Below, one piece after another: positions 23,646-38,455 of a DNA stretch of 64,000 nucleotides. Both the position numbers and the translations under genes were made by a program. The stretch comes from Eledone cirrhosa (lineage: Eukaryota). Numbering within the stretch: the stretch's first letter is position 1; each line of letters begins with the position of its first letter. The notes below the pieces were generated by a model that was given only the letters and a program-made list of their open reading frames with translations, was not told where the DNA came from and ran no database searches. The stretch lies in assembly GCA_964016885.1 (NCBI GenBank), contig OZ024746.1, positions 50,406,001-50,470,000 on the forward strand, in the 5' to 3' direction.

Positions 23646-26600
23646 TTGATTATTTTAGGTTTTTCACAAATTGATCATTTTACACAGTATTTCGAAAAAT
23701 TGTTTTTTTTCAGAAAAGATTGATTTTTTTCTTTCGAAATATATACTTTCTGATTTCGAAAATTGATATATATTTTGTATTTTTCAAAAATTTTTCAACG
23801 TGTCGAAACACAATGTATAAACGCATTATTTTGAAAAAAAACATTTTTTCCAAATATTGTGTAAAGTGATCAATTTGTGAAAAACCTAAAAATATCAATT
23901 TTAGATACCAGAACTAAATATTTCGAAATGTATAAAAAAATTGATTATTTTAGGTTTTTCACAAATTGATCATTTTACACAGTATTTCGAAAAATTGTTT
24001 TTTTTCAGAAAAGATTGATTTTTTTTCTTTCGAAATATATACTTTCTGATTTCAAAAATTGATATATATTTTGTATTTTTCAAAAATTTTTCAACGTGTC
24101 GAAACACAATGCATAAACGCATTTTTTTTAAAAAAAACATTTTTTCTAAATACTTTGTAAAATGATCGATTTGTAAAAAACCCCAAAAAATAAATTTTAG
24201 ATATCAGAAGTAAATATTTCGATGAATAAACGCATTTTTTTGAAAAAAAAATTTCATCCAAAAAGTGATCAATTTATGAAAAACCTAAAAATATCAATTT
24301 TAGAAATCAGAAGTAAATATTTCGAAAAGTATAAAAAAATTGATTATTTTAGGTTTTTCACAAAATGATCAATTTGTGCAAAACCGAAAAAAATCAATTT
24401 TAGATATCAGAAGTAAATATTTCGAAATGTATAAAAAAATTGATTATTTTAGGTTTTTCACAAATTGATCATTTTACACAGTATTTCGAAAAATTGTTTT
24501 TTTTCAAAAAAGTTTGATTTTTTTTCGATTTCGAAAATTGATATATATTTTGTATTTTTCAAAAATTTTTCAACGTGCCGAAACACAATGTAAAAACGCA
24601 TATTTTTGAAAAAAAACATTTTTTCCAAATACTGTGTAAAATGATCAATTTGTGAAAAACCGATTTCGAAAATTGATATATATTTTGTATTTTTCAAAAA
24701 TTTTGCGTGTCGAAACACGATGTATAAACGCATTTTTTTAAAAAAAAAACATTTTTTCTAAAAATGATCAATTTGTGAAAAACCGAAAAAAATCAATTTT
24801 AGAAATCAGAAGTAAATATTTCGAAATGTATAAAAAAATTGATTATTTTAGGTTTTTCACAAATTGATTATTTTACACAGTATTTCGAAAAATTGTTTTT
24901 TTTCAAAAAAGATTGATTTTTTTCTTTCGAAATATATACTTTCTGATTTCGAAAATTGATATATATTTTGTATTTTTCAAAAATTTTTCAACGTGTCGAA
25001 ACACAATGTATAAACGCATTATTTTGAAAAAAAACATTTTTTCCAAATATTGTGTAAAGTGATCAATTTGTGAAAAACCTAAAAATATCAATTTTAGATA
25101 CCAGAAGTAAATATTTCGAAATGTATAAAAAAATTGATTATTTTAGGTTTTTCACAAATTGATCATTTTACGCAGTATTTCGAAAAATTGTTTTTTTTCA
25201 AAAAAGTGATTTTTTTTCGATTTCGAAAATTGATATGTATTTTGTATTTTTCAAAAATTTTTCAACGTGTCGAAAATCAACGTATAAACGCATTTTTAAA
25301 AAAAAAAACATTTTTTCTAAATATTGTGTAAAGGTGAAAAACCTAAAAAAATCAATTTTAGATATCAGAAGTAAATATTTCGAAATGTATAAAAAAATTG
25401 ATTATTTTAGGTTTTTCACAAATTGATCATTTTACACAGTATTTCGAAAAATTGTTTTTTTTCAAAAAAGTTTGATTTTTTTTCGATTTCGAAAATTGAT
25501 ATATATTCTGTATTTTTCAAAAATTTTTCAACGTGACGAAACACAATGTAAAAACGCATATTTTTGAAAAAAAACATTTTTTCCAAATACTGTGTAAAAT
25601 GATCAATTTGTGAAAAACCGAAAAAAATCAATTTTAGAAATCAGAAGTAAATATTTTGAAATGTATAAAAATATTGATTATTTTAGGTTTTTCACAAATT
25701 GATCATTTTACGCAGTATTTCGAAAAATTGTTTTTTTCAAAAAAGATTGATTTTTTTTCTTTCGAAATATATACTTTCTGATATCGAAAATTGATATATA
25801 TTTTGTATTTTTCAAAAATTTTTCAACGTGTCGAAACACGATGAATAAACGCATTATTTTGAAAAAAAACATTTTTTCTAAATATTATGTAAAGTGATCA
25901 ATTTGTGAAAAACCTAAAAATATCAATTTTAGATACCAGAACTAAATATTTCGAAATGTATAAAAAAATTGATTATTTTAGGTTTTTCACAAATTGATCA
26001 TTTTACACAGTATTTCGAAAAATTGTTTTTTTTCAAAAAAGTTTGATTATTTTAGGTTTTTCACAAATTGATCATTTTACACAGTATTTCGAAAAATTGT
26101 TTTTTTTCAAAAAAGTGATTTTTTTTCGATTTCGAAAATTGATATGTATTTTGTATTTTTCAATAATTTTTCAAAGTGTCGAAACACGATAAAAAACATT
26201 TTTTCTAAAAATGATCAATTTGTGAAAAACCGAAAAAAATCAATTTTAGAAATCAGAAGTAAATATTTCGAAATGTATAAAAAAATTGATTATTTTAGGT
26301 TTTTCACAAATTGATCATTTTACACAGTATTTCGAAAAATTGTTTTTATTCAGAAAAGATTGAATTTTTATCTTTCTGATCTCGAAAATTGATATATATT
26401 TTTTATTTTTCAAAAATTTTTCAACGTGTCGAAACACAATGTATAAACGCATTTTTTGGAAAAAAAACATTTTTTCCAAATACTGTGTAAAATGATCAAT
26501 TTGTGAAAAACCGAAAAAAATCAATTTTAGAAATCAGAAGTAAATATTTCTAAATGTATAAAAAATTGATTATTTTAGGTTTTTCACAAATTGATCATTT

Positions 26601-28890
26601 TACACAGTATTTCGAAAAATTGTTTTTTTTCAGAAAAGATTGATTTTTTTTCTTTCGAAATATATACTTTCTGATTTCGAAAATTGATATATATTTTGTA
26701 TTTTTCAAAAATTTTTCAACGTGTCGAAACACAATGTATAAACGCATTATTTTGAAAAAAAACATTTTTTCCAAATATTGTGTAAAGTGATCAATTTGTG
26801 AAAAACCTAAAAATATCAATTTTAGATACCAGAAGTAAATATTTCGAAATGTATAAAAAAATTGATTATTTTAGGTTTTTCACAAATTGATCATTTTACA
26901 CAGTATTTCGAAAAATTGTTTTTTTTCAGAAAAGATTGATTTTTTTTCTTTCGAAATATATACTTTCTGATTTCAAAAATTGATATATATTTTGTATTTT
27001 TCAAAAATTTTTCAACGTGTCGAAACACAATGCATAAACGCATTTTTTTTAAAAAAAACATTTTTTCTAAATACTTTGTAAAATGATCGATTTGTGAAAA
27101 ACCCCAAAAAATAAATTTTAGATATCAGAAGTAAATATTTCGATGAATAAACGCATTTTTTTGAAAAAAAAATTTCATCCAAAAAGTGATCAATTTATGA
27201 AAAACCTAAAAATATCAATTTTAGAAATCAGAAGTAAATATTTCGAAAAGTATAAAAAAATTGATTATTTTAGGTTTTTCACAAAATGATCAATTTGTGC
27301 AAAACCGAAAAAAATCAATTTTAGATATCAGAAGTAAATATTTCGAAATGTATAAAAAAATTGATTATTTTAGGTTTTTCACAAATTGATCATTTTACAC
27401 AGTATTTCGAAAAATTGTTTTTTTTCAAAAAAGTTTGATTTTTTTTCGATTTCGAAAATTGATATATATTTTGTATTTTTCAAAAATTTTTCAACGTGCC
27501 GAAACACAATGTAAAAACGCATATTTTTGAAAAAAAACATTTTTTCCAAATACTGTGTAAAATGATCAATTTGTGAAAAACCGATTTCGAAAATTGATAT
27601 ATATTTTGTATTTTTCAAAAATTTTGCGTGTCGAAACACGATGTATAAACGCATTTTTTTAAAAAAAAAACATTTTTTCTAAAAATGATCAATTTGTGAA
27701 AAACCGAAAAAAATCAATTTTAGAAATCAGAAGTAAATATTTCGAAATGTATAAAAAAATTGATTATTTTAGGTTTTTCACAAATTGATTATTTTACACA
27801 GTATTTCGAAAAATTGTTTTTTTTCAAAAAAGATTGATTTTTTTCTTTCGAAATATATACTTTCTGATTTCGAAAATTGATATATATTTTGTATTTTTCA
27901 AAAATTTTTCAACGTGTCGAAACACAATGTATAAACGCATTATTTTGAAAAAAAAAAATTTTTTCCAAATATTGTGTAAAGTGATCAATTTGTGAAAAAC
28001 CTAAAAATATCAATTTTAGATACCAGAAGTAAATATTTCGAAATGTATAAAAAAATTGATTATTTTAGGTTTTTCACAAATTGATCATTTTACGCAGTAT
28101 TTCGAAAAATTGTTTTTTTTCAAAAAAGTGATTTTTTTTCGATTTCGAAAATTGATATGTATTTTGTATTTTTCAAAAATTTTTCAACGTGTCGAAAAAC
28201 AACGTATAAACGCATTTTTAAAAAAAAAAACATTTTTTCTAAATATTGTGTAAAGGTGAAAAACCTAAAAAAATCAATTTTAGATATCAGAAGTAAATAT
28301 TTCGAAATGTATAAAAAAATTGATTATTTTAGGTTTTTCACAAATTGATCATTTTACACAGTATTTCGAAAAATTGTTTTTTTTCAAAAAAGTTTGATTT
28401 TTTTTCGATTTCGAAAATTGATATATATTCTGTATTTTTCAAAAATTTTTCAACGTGTCGAAACACAATGTAAAAACGCATATTTTTGAAAAAAAACATT
28501 TTTTCCAAATACTGTGTAAAATGATCAATTTGTGAAAAACCGAAAAAAATCAATTTTAGAAATCAGAAGTAAATATTTTGAAATGTATAAAAATATTGAT
28601 TATTTTAGGTTTTTCACAAATTGATCATTTTACACAGTATTTCGAAAAATTGTTTTCTTCAAAAAAGATTGATTTTTTTTCTTTCGAAATATATACTTTC
28701 TGATATCGAAAATTGATATATATTTTGTATTTTTCAAAAATTTTTCAACGTGTCGAAACACGATGAATAAACGCATTATTTTGAAAAAAAACATTTTTTC
28801 CAAATATTATGTAAAGTGATCAATTTGTGAAAAACCTAAAAATATCAATTTTAGATACCAGAACTAAATATTTCGAAATGTATAAAAAAA
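23049..28890. repeat. ~2.92-kb higher-order tandem duplication
   Basis: ORF pairs 23395/26315, 24458/27379, 25134/28056 and 25416/28338 are offset 2920-2922. The rearranged monomers appear in the same order in both copies. Confidence 0.88.
24340..24439. repeat. 100-bp collapsed (loop-less) monomer; further copies start at 27261, 29290, 32758, 39151, 51350 and 57885
   Basis: TTTTAGGTTTTTCACAAAATGATCAATTTGTGCAAAACCGAAAA shows the left arm joined directly to the right arm at the TGATCA core. Confidence 0.93.
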
Positions 28891-31800
28891 TTGATTATTT
28901 TAGGTTTTTCACAAATTGATCATTTTACACAGTATTTCGAAAAATTGTTTTTTTTCAGAAAAGATTGATTTTTTTTCTTTCGAAATATATACTTTCTGAT
29001 TTCAAAAATTGATATATATTTTGTATTTTTCAAAAATTTTTCAACGTGTCGAAACACAATGCATAAACGCATTTTTTAAAAAAAAACATTTTTTCTAAAT
29101 ACTTTGTAAAATGATCGATTTGTGAAAAACCCCAAAAAATAAATTTTAGATATCAGAAGTAAATATTTCGATGAATAAACGCATTTTTTTGAAAAAAAAC
29201 ATTTCATCCAAAAAGTGATCAATTTATGAAAAACCTAAAAATATCAATTTTAGAAATCAGAAGTAAATATTTTGAAAAGTATAAAAAAATTGATTATTTT
29301 AGGTTTTTCACAAAATGATCAATTTGTGCAAAACCGAAAAAAATCAATTTTAGATATCAGAAGTAAATATTTCGAAATGTATAAAAAAATTGATTATTTT
29401 AGGTTTTTCACAAATTGATCATTTTACACAGTATTTCGAAAAATTGTTTTTTTTCAAAAAAGTTTGATTTTTTTTCGATTTCGAAAATTGATATATATTT
29501 TGTATTTTTCAAAAATTTTTCAACGTGCCGAAACACAATGTAAAAACGCATATTTTTGAAAAAAAACATTTTTTCCAAATACTGTGTAAAATGATCAATT
29601 TGTGAAAAACCGATTTCGAAAATTGATATATATTTTGTATTTTTCAAAAATTTTGCGTGTCGAAACACGATGTATAAACGCATTTTTTTAAAAAAAAAAC
29701 ATTTTTTCTAAAAATGATCAATTTGTAAAAAACCGAAAAAAATCAATTTTAGAAATCAGAAGTAAATATTTCGAAATGTATAAAAAAATTGATTATTTTA
29801 GGTTTTTCACAAATTGATTATTTTACACAGTATTTCGAAAAATTGTTTTTTTTCAAAAAAGATTGATTTTTTTCTTTCGAAATATATACTTTCTGATTTC
29901 GAAAATTGATATATATTTTGTATTTTTCAAAAGTTTTTCAACGTGTCGAAACACAATGCATAAACGCATTTTTTAAAAAAAAACATTTTTTCTAAATACT
30001 TTGTAAAATGATCGATTTGTGAAAAACCCCAAAAAATCAATTTTAGATATCAGAAGTAAATATTTCGAAATGTATAAAAAAATTGATTATTTTAGATTTT
30101 TCACAAATTGATCATTTTACACAGTATTTCGAAAAATTGTTTTTTTTCAAAAAAGTTTGATTTTTTTTCGATTACGAAAATTGATATATATTTTGTATTT
30201 TTCAAAAATTTTTCAACGTGTCGAAACACAATGTATAAACGCATTATTTTGAAAAAAAACATTTTTTCCAAATATTGTGTAAAGTGATCAATTTGTGAAA
30301 AACCTAAAAATATCAATTTTAGATACCAGAAGTAAATATTTCGAAATGTATAAAAAAATTGATTATTTTAGGTTTTTCACAAATTGATCATTTTACGCAG
30401 TATTTCGAAAAATTGTTTTTTTCAAAAAAGATTGATTTTTTTTCTTTCGAAATATATACTTTCTGATATCGAAAATTGATATATATTTTGTATTTTTCAA
30501 AAATTTTTCAACGTGTCGAAACACGATGAATAAACGCATTATTTTGAAAAAAAACATTTTTTCCAAATATTGTGTAAAGTGATCAATTTGTGAAAAACCT
30601 AAAAATATCAATTTTAGATACCAGAAGTAAATATTTCGAAATGTATAAAAAATTGATTATTTTAGGTTTTTCACAAATTGATCATTTTACACAGTATTTC
30701 GAAAAATTGTTTTTTTTCAAAAAAGTCATTTTTTTTCGATTTCGAAAATTGATATGTATTTTGTATTTTTCAAAAATTTTTCAACGTGTCGAAACACAAC
30801 GTATAAACGCATTTTTAAAAAAAAAAACATTTTTACTAAATATTGTGTAAAGGTGAAAAACCTAAAAAAATCAATTTTAGATATCAGAAGTAAATATTTC
30901 GAAATGTATAAAAAAATTGATTATTTTAGGTTTTTCACAAATTCATCATTTTACACAGTATTTCGAAAAATTGTTTTTTTTCAAAAAAGTTTGATTTTTT
31001 TTCGATTTCGAAAATTGATATATATTTTGTATTTTTCAAAAATTTTTCAACGTGTCGAAACAATGTATAAACGCATTTTTTTTAAAAAAAACATTTTTTC
31101 TAAATACTGTGTAAAATGATCAATTTGTGAAAAACCGAAAAAAATCAATTTTAGAAATCAGAAGTAAATATTTCGAAATGTATAAAAAATTGATTATTTT
31201 AGGTTTTTCACAAATTGATCATTTTACACAGTATTTCGAAAAATTGTTTTTTTTCAGAAAAGTTTGATTTATTTTCGATTTAGAAAATTGATATATATTT
31301 TGTATTTTTCAAAAGTTTTTCAACGTGTCGAAACACAATGTATAAACGCATTTTTTTAAAAAAAAACATTTTTTCTAAATATTGTGTAAAGTGATCGATT
31401 TGTGAAAAACCCAAAAAAATCAATTTTAGATATCAGAAGTAGATATTTCGAAATGTATAAAAAAATTGATTATTTTAGGTTTTTCACAAATTGATCATTT
31501 TACACAGTATTTCGAAAAATTGTTTTTTTTCAAAAAAGTTTGATTATTTTAGGTTTTTCACAAATTGATCATTTTACACAGTATTTCGAAAAATTGTTTT
31601 TTTTCAAAAAAGTGATTTTTTTTCGATTTCGAAAATTGATATGTATTTTGTATTTTTCAATAATTTTTCAAAGTGTCGAAACACGATAAAAAACATTTTT
31701 TCTAAAAATGATCAATTTGTGAAAAACCGAAAAAAATCAATTTTAGAAATCAGAAGTAAATATTTCGAAATGTATAAAAAAATTGATTATTTTAGGTTTT

Positions 31801-34800
31801 TCACAAATTGATCATTTTACACAGTATTTCGAAAAATTGTTTTTATTCAGAAAAGATTGAATTTTTATCTTTCTGATTTCGAAAATTGATATATATTTTT
31901 TATTTTTCAAAAATTTTTCAACGTGTCGAAACACAATGTATAAACGCATTTTTTGGAAAAAAAACATTTTTTCCAAATACTGTGTAAAATGATCAATTTG
32001 TGAAAAACCGAAAAAAATCAATTTTAGAAATCAGAAGTAAATATTTCTAAATGTATAAAAAATTGATTATTTTAGGTTTTTCACAAATTGATCATTTTAC
32101 ACAGTATTTCGAAAAATTGTTTTTTTTCAGAAAAGATTGATTTTTTTCTTTCGAAATATATACTTTCTGATTTCGAAAATTGATATATATTTTGTATTTT
32201 TCAAAAATTTTTCAACGTGTCGAAACACAATGTATAAACGCATTATTTTGAAAAAAAACATTTTTTCCAAATATTGTGTAAAGTGATCAATTTGTGAAAA
32301 ACCTAAAAATATCAATTTTAGATACCAGAACTAAATATTTCGAAATGTATAAAAAAATTGATTATTTTAGGTTTTTCACAAATTGATCATTTTACACAGT
32401 ATTTCGAAAAATTGTTTTTTTTCAGAAAAGATTGATTTTTTTTCTTTCGAAATATATACTTTCTGATTTCAAAAATTGATATATATTTTGTATTTTTCAA
32501 AAATTTTTCAACGTGTCGAAACACAATGCATAAACGCATTTTTTTTAAAAAAAACATTTTTTCTAAATACTTTGTAAAATGATCGATTTGTGAAAAACCC
32601 CAAAAAATCAATTTTAGAAATCAGAAGTAAATATTTCGATGAATAAACGCATTTTTTTGAAAAAAAACATTTCATCCAAAAAGTGATCAATTTATGAAAA
32701 ACCTAAAAATATCAATTTTAGAAATCAGAAGTAAATATTTCGAAAAGTATAAAAAAATTGATTATTTTAGGTTTTTCACAAAATGATCAATTTGTGCAAA
32801 ACCGAAAAAAATCAATTTTAGATATCAGAAGTAAATATTTCGAAATGTATAAAAAAATTGATTATTTTAGGTTTTTCACAAATTGATCATTTTACACAGT
32901 ATTTCGAAAAATTGTTTTTTTTCAAAAAAGTTTGATTTTTTTTCGATTTCGAAAATTGATATATATTTTGTATTTTTCAAAAATTTTTCAACGTGCCGAA
33001 ACACAATGTAAAAACGCATATTTTTGAAAAAAAACATTTTTTCGAAATACTGTGTAAAATGATCAATTTGTGAAAAACCGATTTCGAAAATTGATATATA
33101 TTTTGTATTTTTCAAAAATTTTGCGTGTCGAAACACGATGTATAAACGCATTTTTTTAAAAAAAAAACATTTTTTCTAAAAATGATCAATTTGTGAAAAA
33201 CCGAAAAAAATCAATTTTAGAAATCAGAAGTAAATATTTCGAAATGTATAAAAAAATTGATTATTTTAGGTTTTTCACAAATTGATTATTTTACACAGTA
33301 TTTCGAAAAATTGTTTTTTTTCAAAAAAGATTGATTTTTTTCTTTCGAAATATATACTTTCTGATTTCGAAAATTGATATATATTTTGTATTTTTCAAAA
33401 ATTTTTCAACGTGTCGAAACACAATGTATAAACGCATTATTTTGAAAAAAAACATTTTTTCCAAATATTGTGTAAAGTGATCAATTTGTGAAAAACCTAA
33501 AAATATCAATTTTAGATACCAGAAGTAAATATTTCGAAATGTATAAAAAAATTGATTATTTTAGGTTTTTCACAAATTGATCATTTTACGCAGTATTTCG
33601 AAAAATTGTTTTTTTTCAAAAAAGTGATTTTTTTTCGATTTCGAAAATTGATATGTATTTTGTATTTTTCAAAAATTTTTCAACGTGTCGAAAAACAACG
33701 TATAAACGCATTTTTAAAAAAAAAAACATTTTTTCTAAATATTGTGTAAAGGTGAAAAACCTAAAAAAATCAATTTTAGATATCAGAAGTAAATATTTCG
33801 AAATGTATAAAAAAATTGATTATTTTAGGTTTTTCACAAATTGATCATTTTACACAGTATTTCGAAAAATTGTTTTTTTTCAAAAAAGTTTGATTTTTTT
33901 TCGATTTCGAAAATTGATATATATTCTGTATTTTTCAAAAATTTTTCAACGTGTCGAAACACAATGTAAAAACGCATATTTTTGAAAAAAAACATTTTTT
34001 CCAAATACTGTGTAAAATGATCAATTTGTGAAAAACCGAAAAAAATCAATTTTAGAAATCAGAAGTAAATATTTTGAAATGTATAAAAATATTGATTATT
34101 TTAGGTTTTTCACAAATTGATCATTTTACACAGTATTTCGAAAAATTGTTTTTTTCAAAAAAGATTGATTTTTTTTCTTTCGAAATATATACTTTCTGAT
34201 ATCGAAAATTGATATATATTTTGTATTTTTCAAAAATTTTTCAACGTGTCGAAACACGATGAATAAACGCATTATTTTGAAAAAAAACATTTTTTCCAAA
34301 TATTATGTAAAGTGATCAATTTGTGAAAAACCTAAAAATATCAATTTTAGATACCAGAACTAAATATTTCGAAATGTATAAAAAAATTGATTATTTTAGG
34401 TTTTTCACAAATTGATCATTTTACACAGTATTTCGAAAAATTGTTTTTTTTCAGAAAAGATTGATTTTTTTTCTTTCGAAATATATACTTTCTGATTTCA
34501 AAAATTGATATATATTTTGTATTTTTCAAAAATTTTTCAACGTGTCGAAACACAATGCATAAACGCATTTTTTAAAAAAAAACATTTTTTCTAAATACTT
34601 TGTAAAATGATCGATTTGTGAAAAACCCCAAAAAATCAATTTTAGATATCAGAAGTAAATATTTCGAAATGTATAAAAAAATTGATTATTTTAGGTTTTT
34701 CACAAATTGATCATTTTACACAGTATTTCGAAAAATTGTTTTTTTTCAAAAAAGTTTGATTTTTTTTCGATTACGAAAATTGATATATATTTTGTATTTT

Positions 34801-35792
34801 TCAAAAATTTTTCAACGTGTCGAAACACAATGTATAAACGCATTATTTTGAAAAAAAACATTTTTTCCAAATATTGTGTAAAGTGATCAATTTGTGAAAA
34901 ACCTAAAAATATCAATTTTAGATACCAGAAGTAAATATTTCGAAATGTATAAAAAAATTGATTATTTTAGGTTTTTCACAAATTGATCATTTTACGCAGT
35001 ATTTCGAAAAATTGTTTTTTTCAAAAAAGATTGATTTTTTTTCTTTCGAAATATATACTTTCTGATATCGAAAATTGATATATATTTTGTATTTTTCAAA
35101 AATTTTTCAACGTGTCGAAACATGATGAATAAACGCATTATTTTGAAAAAAAACATTTTTTCCAAATATTGTGTAAAGTGATCAATTTGTGAAAAACCTA
35201 AAAATATCAATTTTAGATACCAGAAGTAAATATTTCGAAATGTATAAAAAAATTGATTATTTTAGGTTTTTCACAAATTGATCATTTTACACAGTATTTC
35301 GAAAAATTGTTTTTTTTCAAAAAAGTCATTTTTTTTCGATTTCGAAAATTGATATGTATTTTGTATTTTTCAAAAATTTTTCAACGTGTCGAAACACAAC
35401 GTATAAACGCATTTTTAAAAAAACAAACATTTTTACTAAATATTGTGTAAAGGTGAAAAACCTAAAAAAATCAATTTTAGATATCAGAAGTAAATATTTC
35501 GAAATGTATAAAAAAATTGATTATTTTAGGTTTTTCACAAATTGATCATTTTACACAGTATTTCTAAAAATTGTTTTTTTTCAAAAAATTTTGATTTTTT
35601 TTCGATTTCGAAAATTGATATATATTTTGAATTTTTCAAAAATTTTTCAACGTGTCGAAACACGATGAATAAACGCATTATTTTGAAAAAAAACATTTTT
35701 TCCAAATATTGTGTAAAGTGATCAATTTGTGAAAAACCTAAAAATATCAATTTTAGATACCAGAAGTAAATATTTCGAAATGTATAAAAAAA

Positions 35793-38455
35793 TTGATTAT
35801 TTTAGGTTTTTCACAAATTGATCATTTTACACAGTATTTCGAAAAATTGTTTTTTTTCAAAAAAGTGATTTTTTTTCGATTTCGAAAATTGATATGTATT
35901 TTGTATTTTTCAAAAATTTTTCAACGTGTCGAAACACAACGTATAAACGCATTTTTTTTAAAAAAAACATTTTTTCTAAATATTGTGTAAAGGTGAAAAA
36001 CCTAAAAAAATCAATTTTAGATATCAGAAGTAAATATTTCGAAATGTATAAAAAAATTGATTATTTTAGGTTTTTCACAAATTCATCATTTTACACAGTA
36101 TTTCGAAAAATTGTTTTTTTTCAAAAAAGTTTGATTTTTTTTCGATTTCGAAAATTGATATATATTTTGTATTTTTCAAAAATTTTTCAACGTGTCGGAA
36201 CAATGTATAAACGCATTTTTTTAAAAAAAAACACTTTTTCTAAATACTGTGTAAAATGATCAATTTGTGAAAAACCGAAAAAAATCAATTTTAGAAATCA
36301 GAAGTAAATATTTCGAAATGTATAAAAAATTGATTATTTTAGGTTTTTCACAAATTGATCATTTTACACAGTATTTCGAAAAATTGTTTTTTTTCAGAAA
36401 AGTTTGATTTATTTTCGATTTAGAAAATTGATATATATTTTGTATTTTTCAAAAGTTTTTCAACGTGTCGAAACACAATGTATAAACGCATTTTTTTAAA
36501 AAAAAACATTTTTTCTAAATATTGTGTAAAGTGATCGATTTGTGAAAAACCCAAAAAAATCAATTTTAGATATCAGAAGTAAATATTTCGAAATGTATAA
36601 AAAAATTGATTATTTTAGGTTTTTCACAAATTGATCATTTTACACAGTATTTCGAAAAATTGTTTTTTTTCAAAAAAGTGATTTTTTTTCGATTTCGAAA
36701 ATTGATATGTATTTTGTATTTTTCAATAATTTTTCAGTGTCGAAACACGATAAAAAACATTTTTTCTAAAAATGATCAATTTGTGAAAAACCGAAAAAAA
36801 TCAATTTTAGAAATCAGAAGTAAATATTTCGAAATGTATAAAAAAATTGATTATTTTAGGTTTTTCACAAATTAATCATTTTACACAGTATTTCGAAAAA
36901 TTGTTTTTATTCAGAAAAGATTGAATTTTTATCTTTCTGATTTCAAAAATTGATATATATTTTGTATTTTTCAAAAATTTTTCAACGTGTCGAAACAATG
37001 TAAAAACGCATATTTTTGAAAAAAAACATTTTTTCCAAATACTGTGTAAAATGATCAATTTGTGAAAAACCGAAAAAAATCAATTTTAGAAATCAGAAGT
37101 AAATATTTTGAAATGTATAAAAAAATTGATTATTTTAGGTTTTTCACAAATTGATCATTTTACACAGTATTTCGAAAAATTGTTTTTTTCAAAAAAGTGA
37201 TTTTTTTTCGATTTCGAAAATTGATATGTATTTTGTATTTTTCAAAAATTTTTCAACGTGTCGAAACACAACGTATAAACGCATTTTTTTTAAAAAAAAC
37301 ATTTTTTCTAAATATTGTGTAAAGGTGAAAAACCTAAAAAAATCAATTTTAGATATCAGAAGTAAATATTTCGAAATGTATAAAAAAATTGATTATTTTA
37401 GGTTTTTCACAAATTCATCATTTTACACAGTATTTCGAAAAATTGTTTTTTTTCAAAAAAGTTTGATTTTTTTTCGATTTCGAAAATTGATATATATTTT
37501 GTATTTTTCAAAAATTTTTCAACGTGTCGAAACAATGTATAAACGCATTTTTTTAAAAAAAAACATTTTTTCTAAATACTGTGTAAAATGATCAATTTGT
37601 GAAAAACCGAAAAAAATCAATTTTAGAAATCAGAAGTAAATATTTCGAAATGTATAAAAAATTGATTATTTTAGGTTTTTCACAAATTGATCATTTTACA
37701 CAGTATTTCGAAAAATTGTTTTTTTTCAGAAAAGTTTGATTTATTTTCGATTTAGAAAATTGATATATATTTTGTATTTTTCAAAAGTTTTTCAACGTGT
37801 CGAAACACAATGTATAAACGCATTTTTTTAAAAAAAAACATTTTTTCTAAATATTGTGTAAAGTGATCGATTTGTGAAAAACCCAAAAAAATCAATTTTA
37901 GATATCAGAAGTAAATATTTCGAAATGTATAAAAAAATTGATTATTTTAGGTTTTTCACAAATTGATCATTTTACACAGTATTTCGAAAAATTGTTTTTT
38001 TTCAAAAAAGTGATTTTTTTTCGATTTCGAAAATTGATATGTATTTTGTATTTTTCAATAATTTTTCAGTGTCGAAACACGATAAAAAACATTTTTTCTA
38101 AAATGATCAATTTGTGAAAAACCGAAAAAAATCAATTTTAGAAATCAGAAGTAAATATTTCGAAATGTATAAAAAAATTGATTATTTTAGGTTTTTCACA
38201 AATTAATCATTTTACACAGTATTTCGAAAAATTGTTTTTATTCAGAAAAGATTGAATTTTTATCTTTCTGATTTCAAAAATTGATATATATTTTGTATTT
38301 TTCAAAAATTTTTCAACGTGTCGAAACAATGTAAAAACGCATATTTTTGAAAAAAAACATTTTTTCCAAATACTGTGTAAAATGATCAATTTGTGAAAAA
38401 CCGAAAAAAATCAATTTTAGAAATCAGAAGTAAATATTTCTAAATGTATAAAAAA
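35793..38455. repeat. ~1.33-kb tandem duplication (5 monomers)
   Basis: Rare markers TTTTCAGTGTCG and CAAATTAATC occur in both copies. ORFs 36876/38207 are offset 1331. Confidence 0.87.

Noticed and set aside
37151-37591. Longest ORF (146 aa), and the 121-131 aa ORFs
   Set aside because: Chance read-through across monomers, caused by a TGA>TCA variant (AATTCATC) combined with the class-B deletion or other rearranged junctions.
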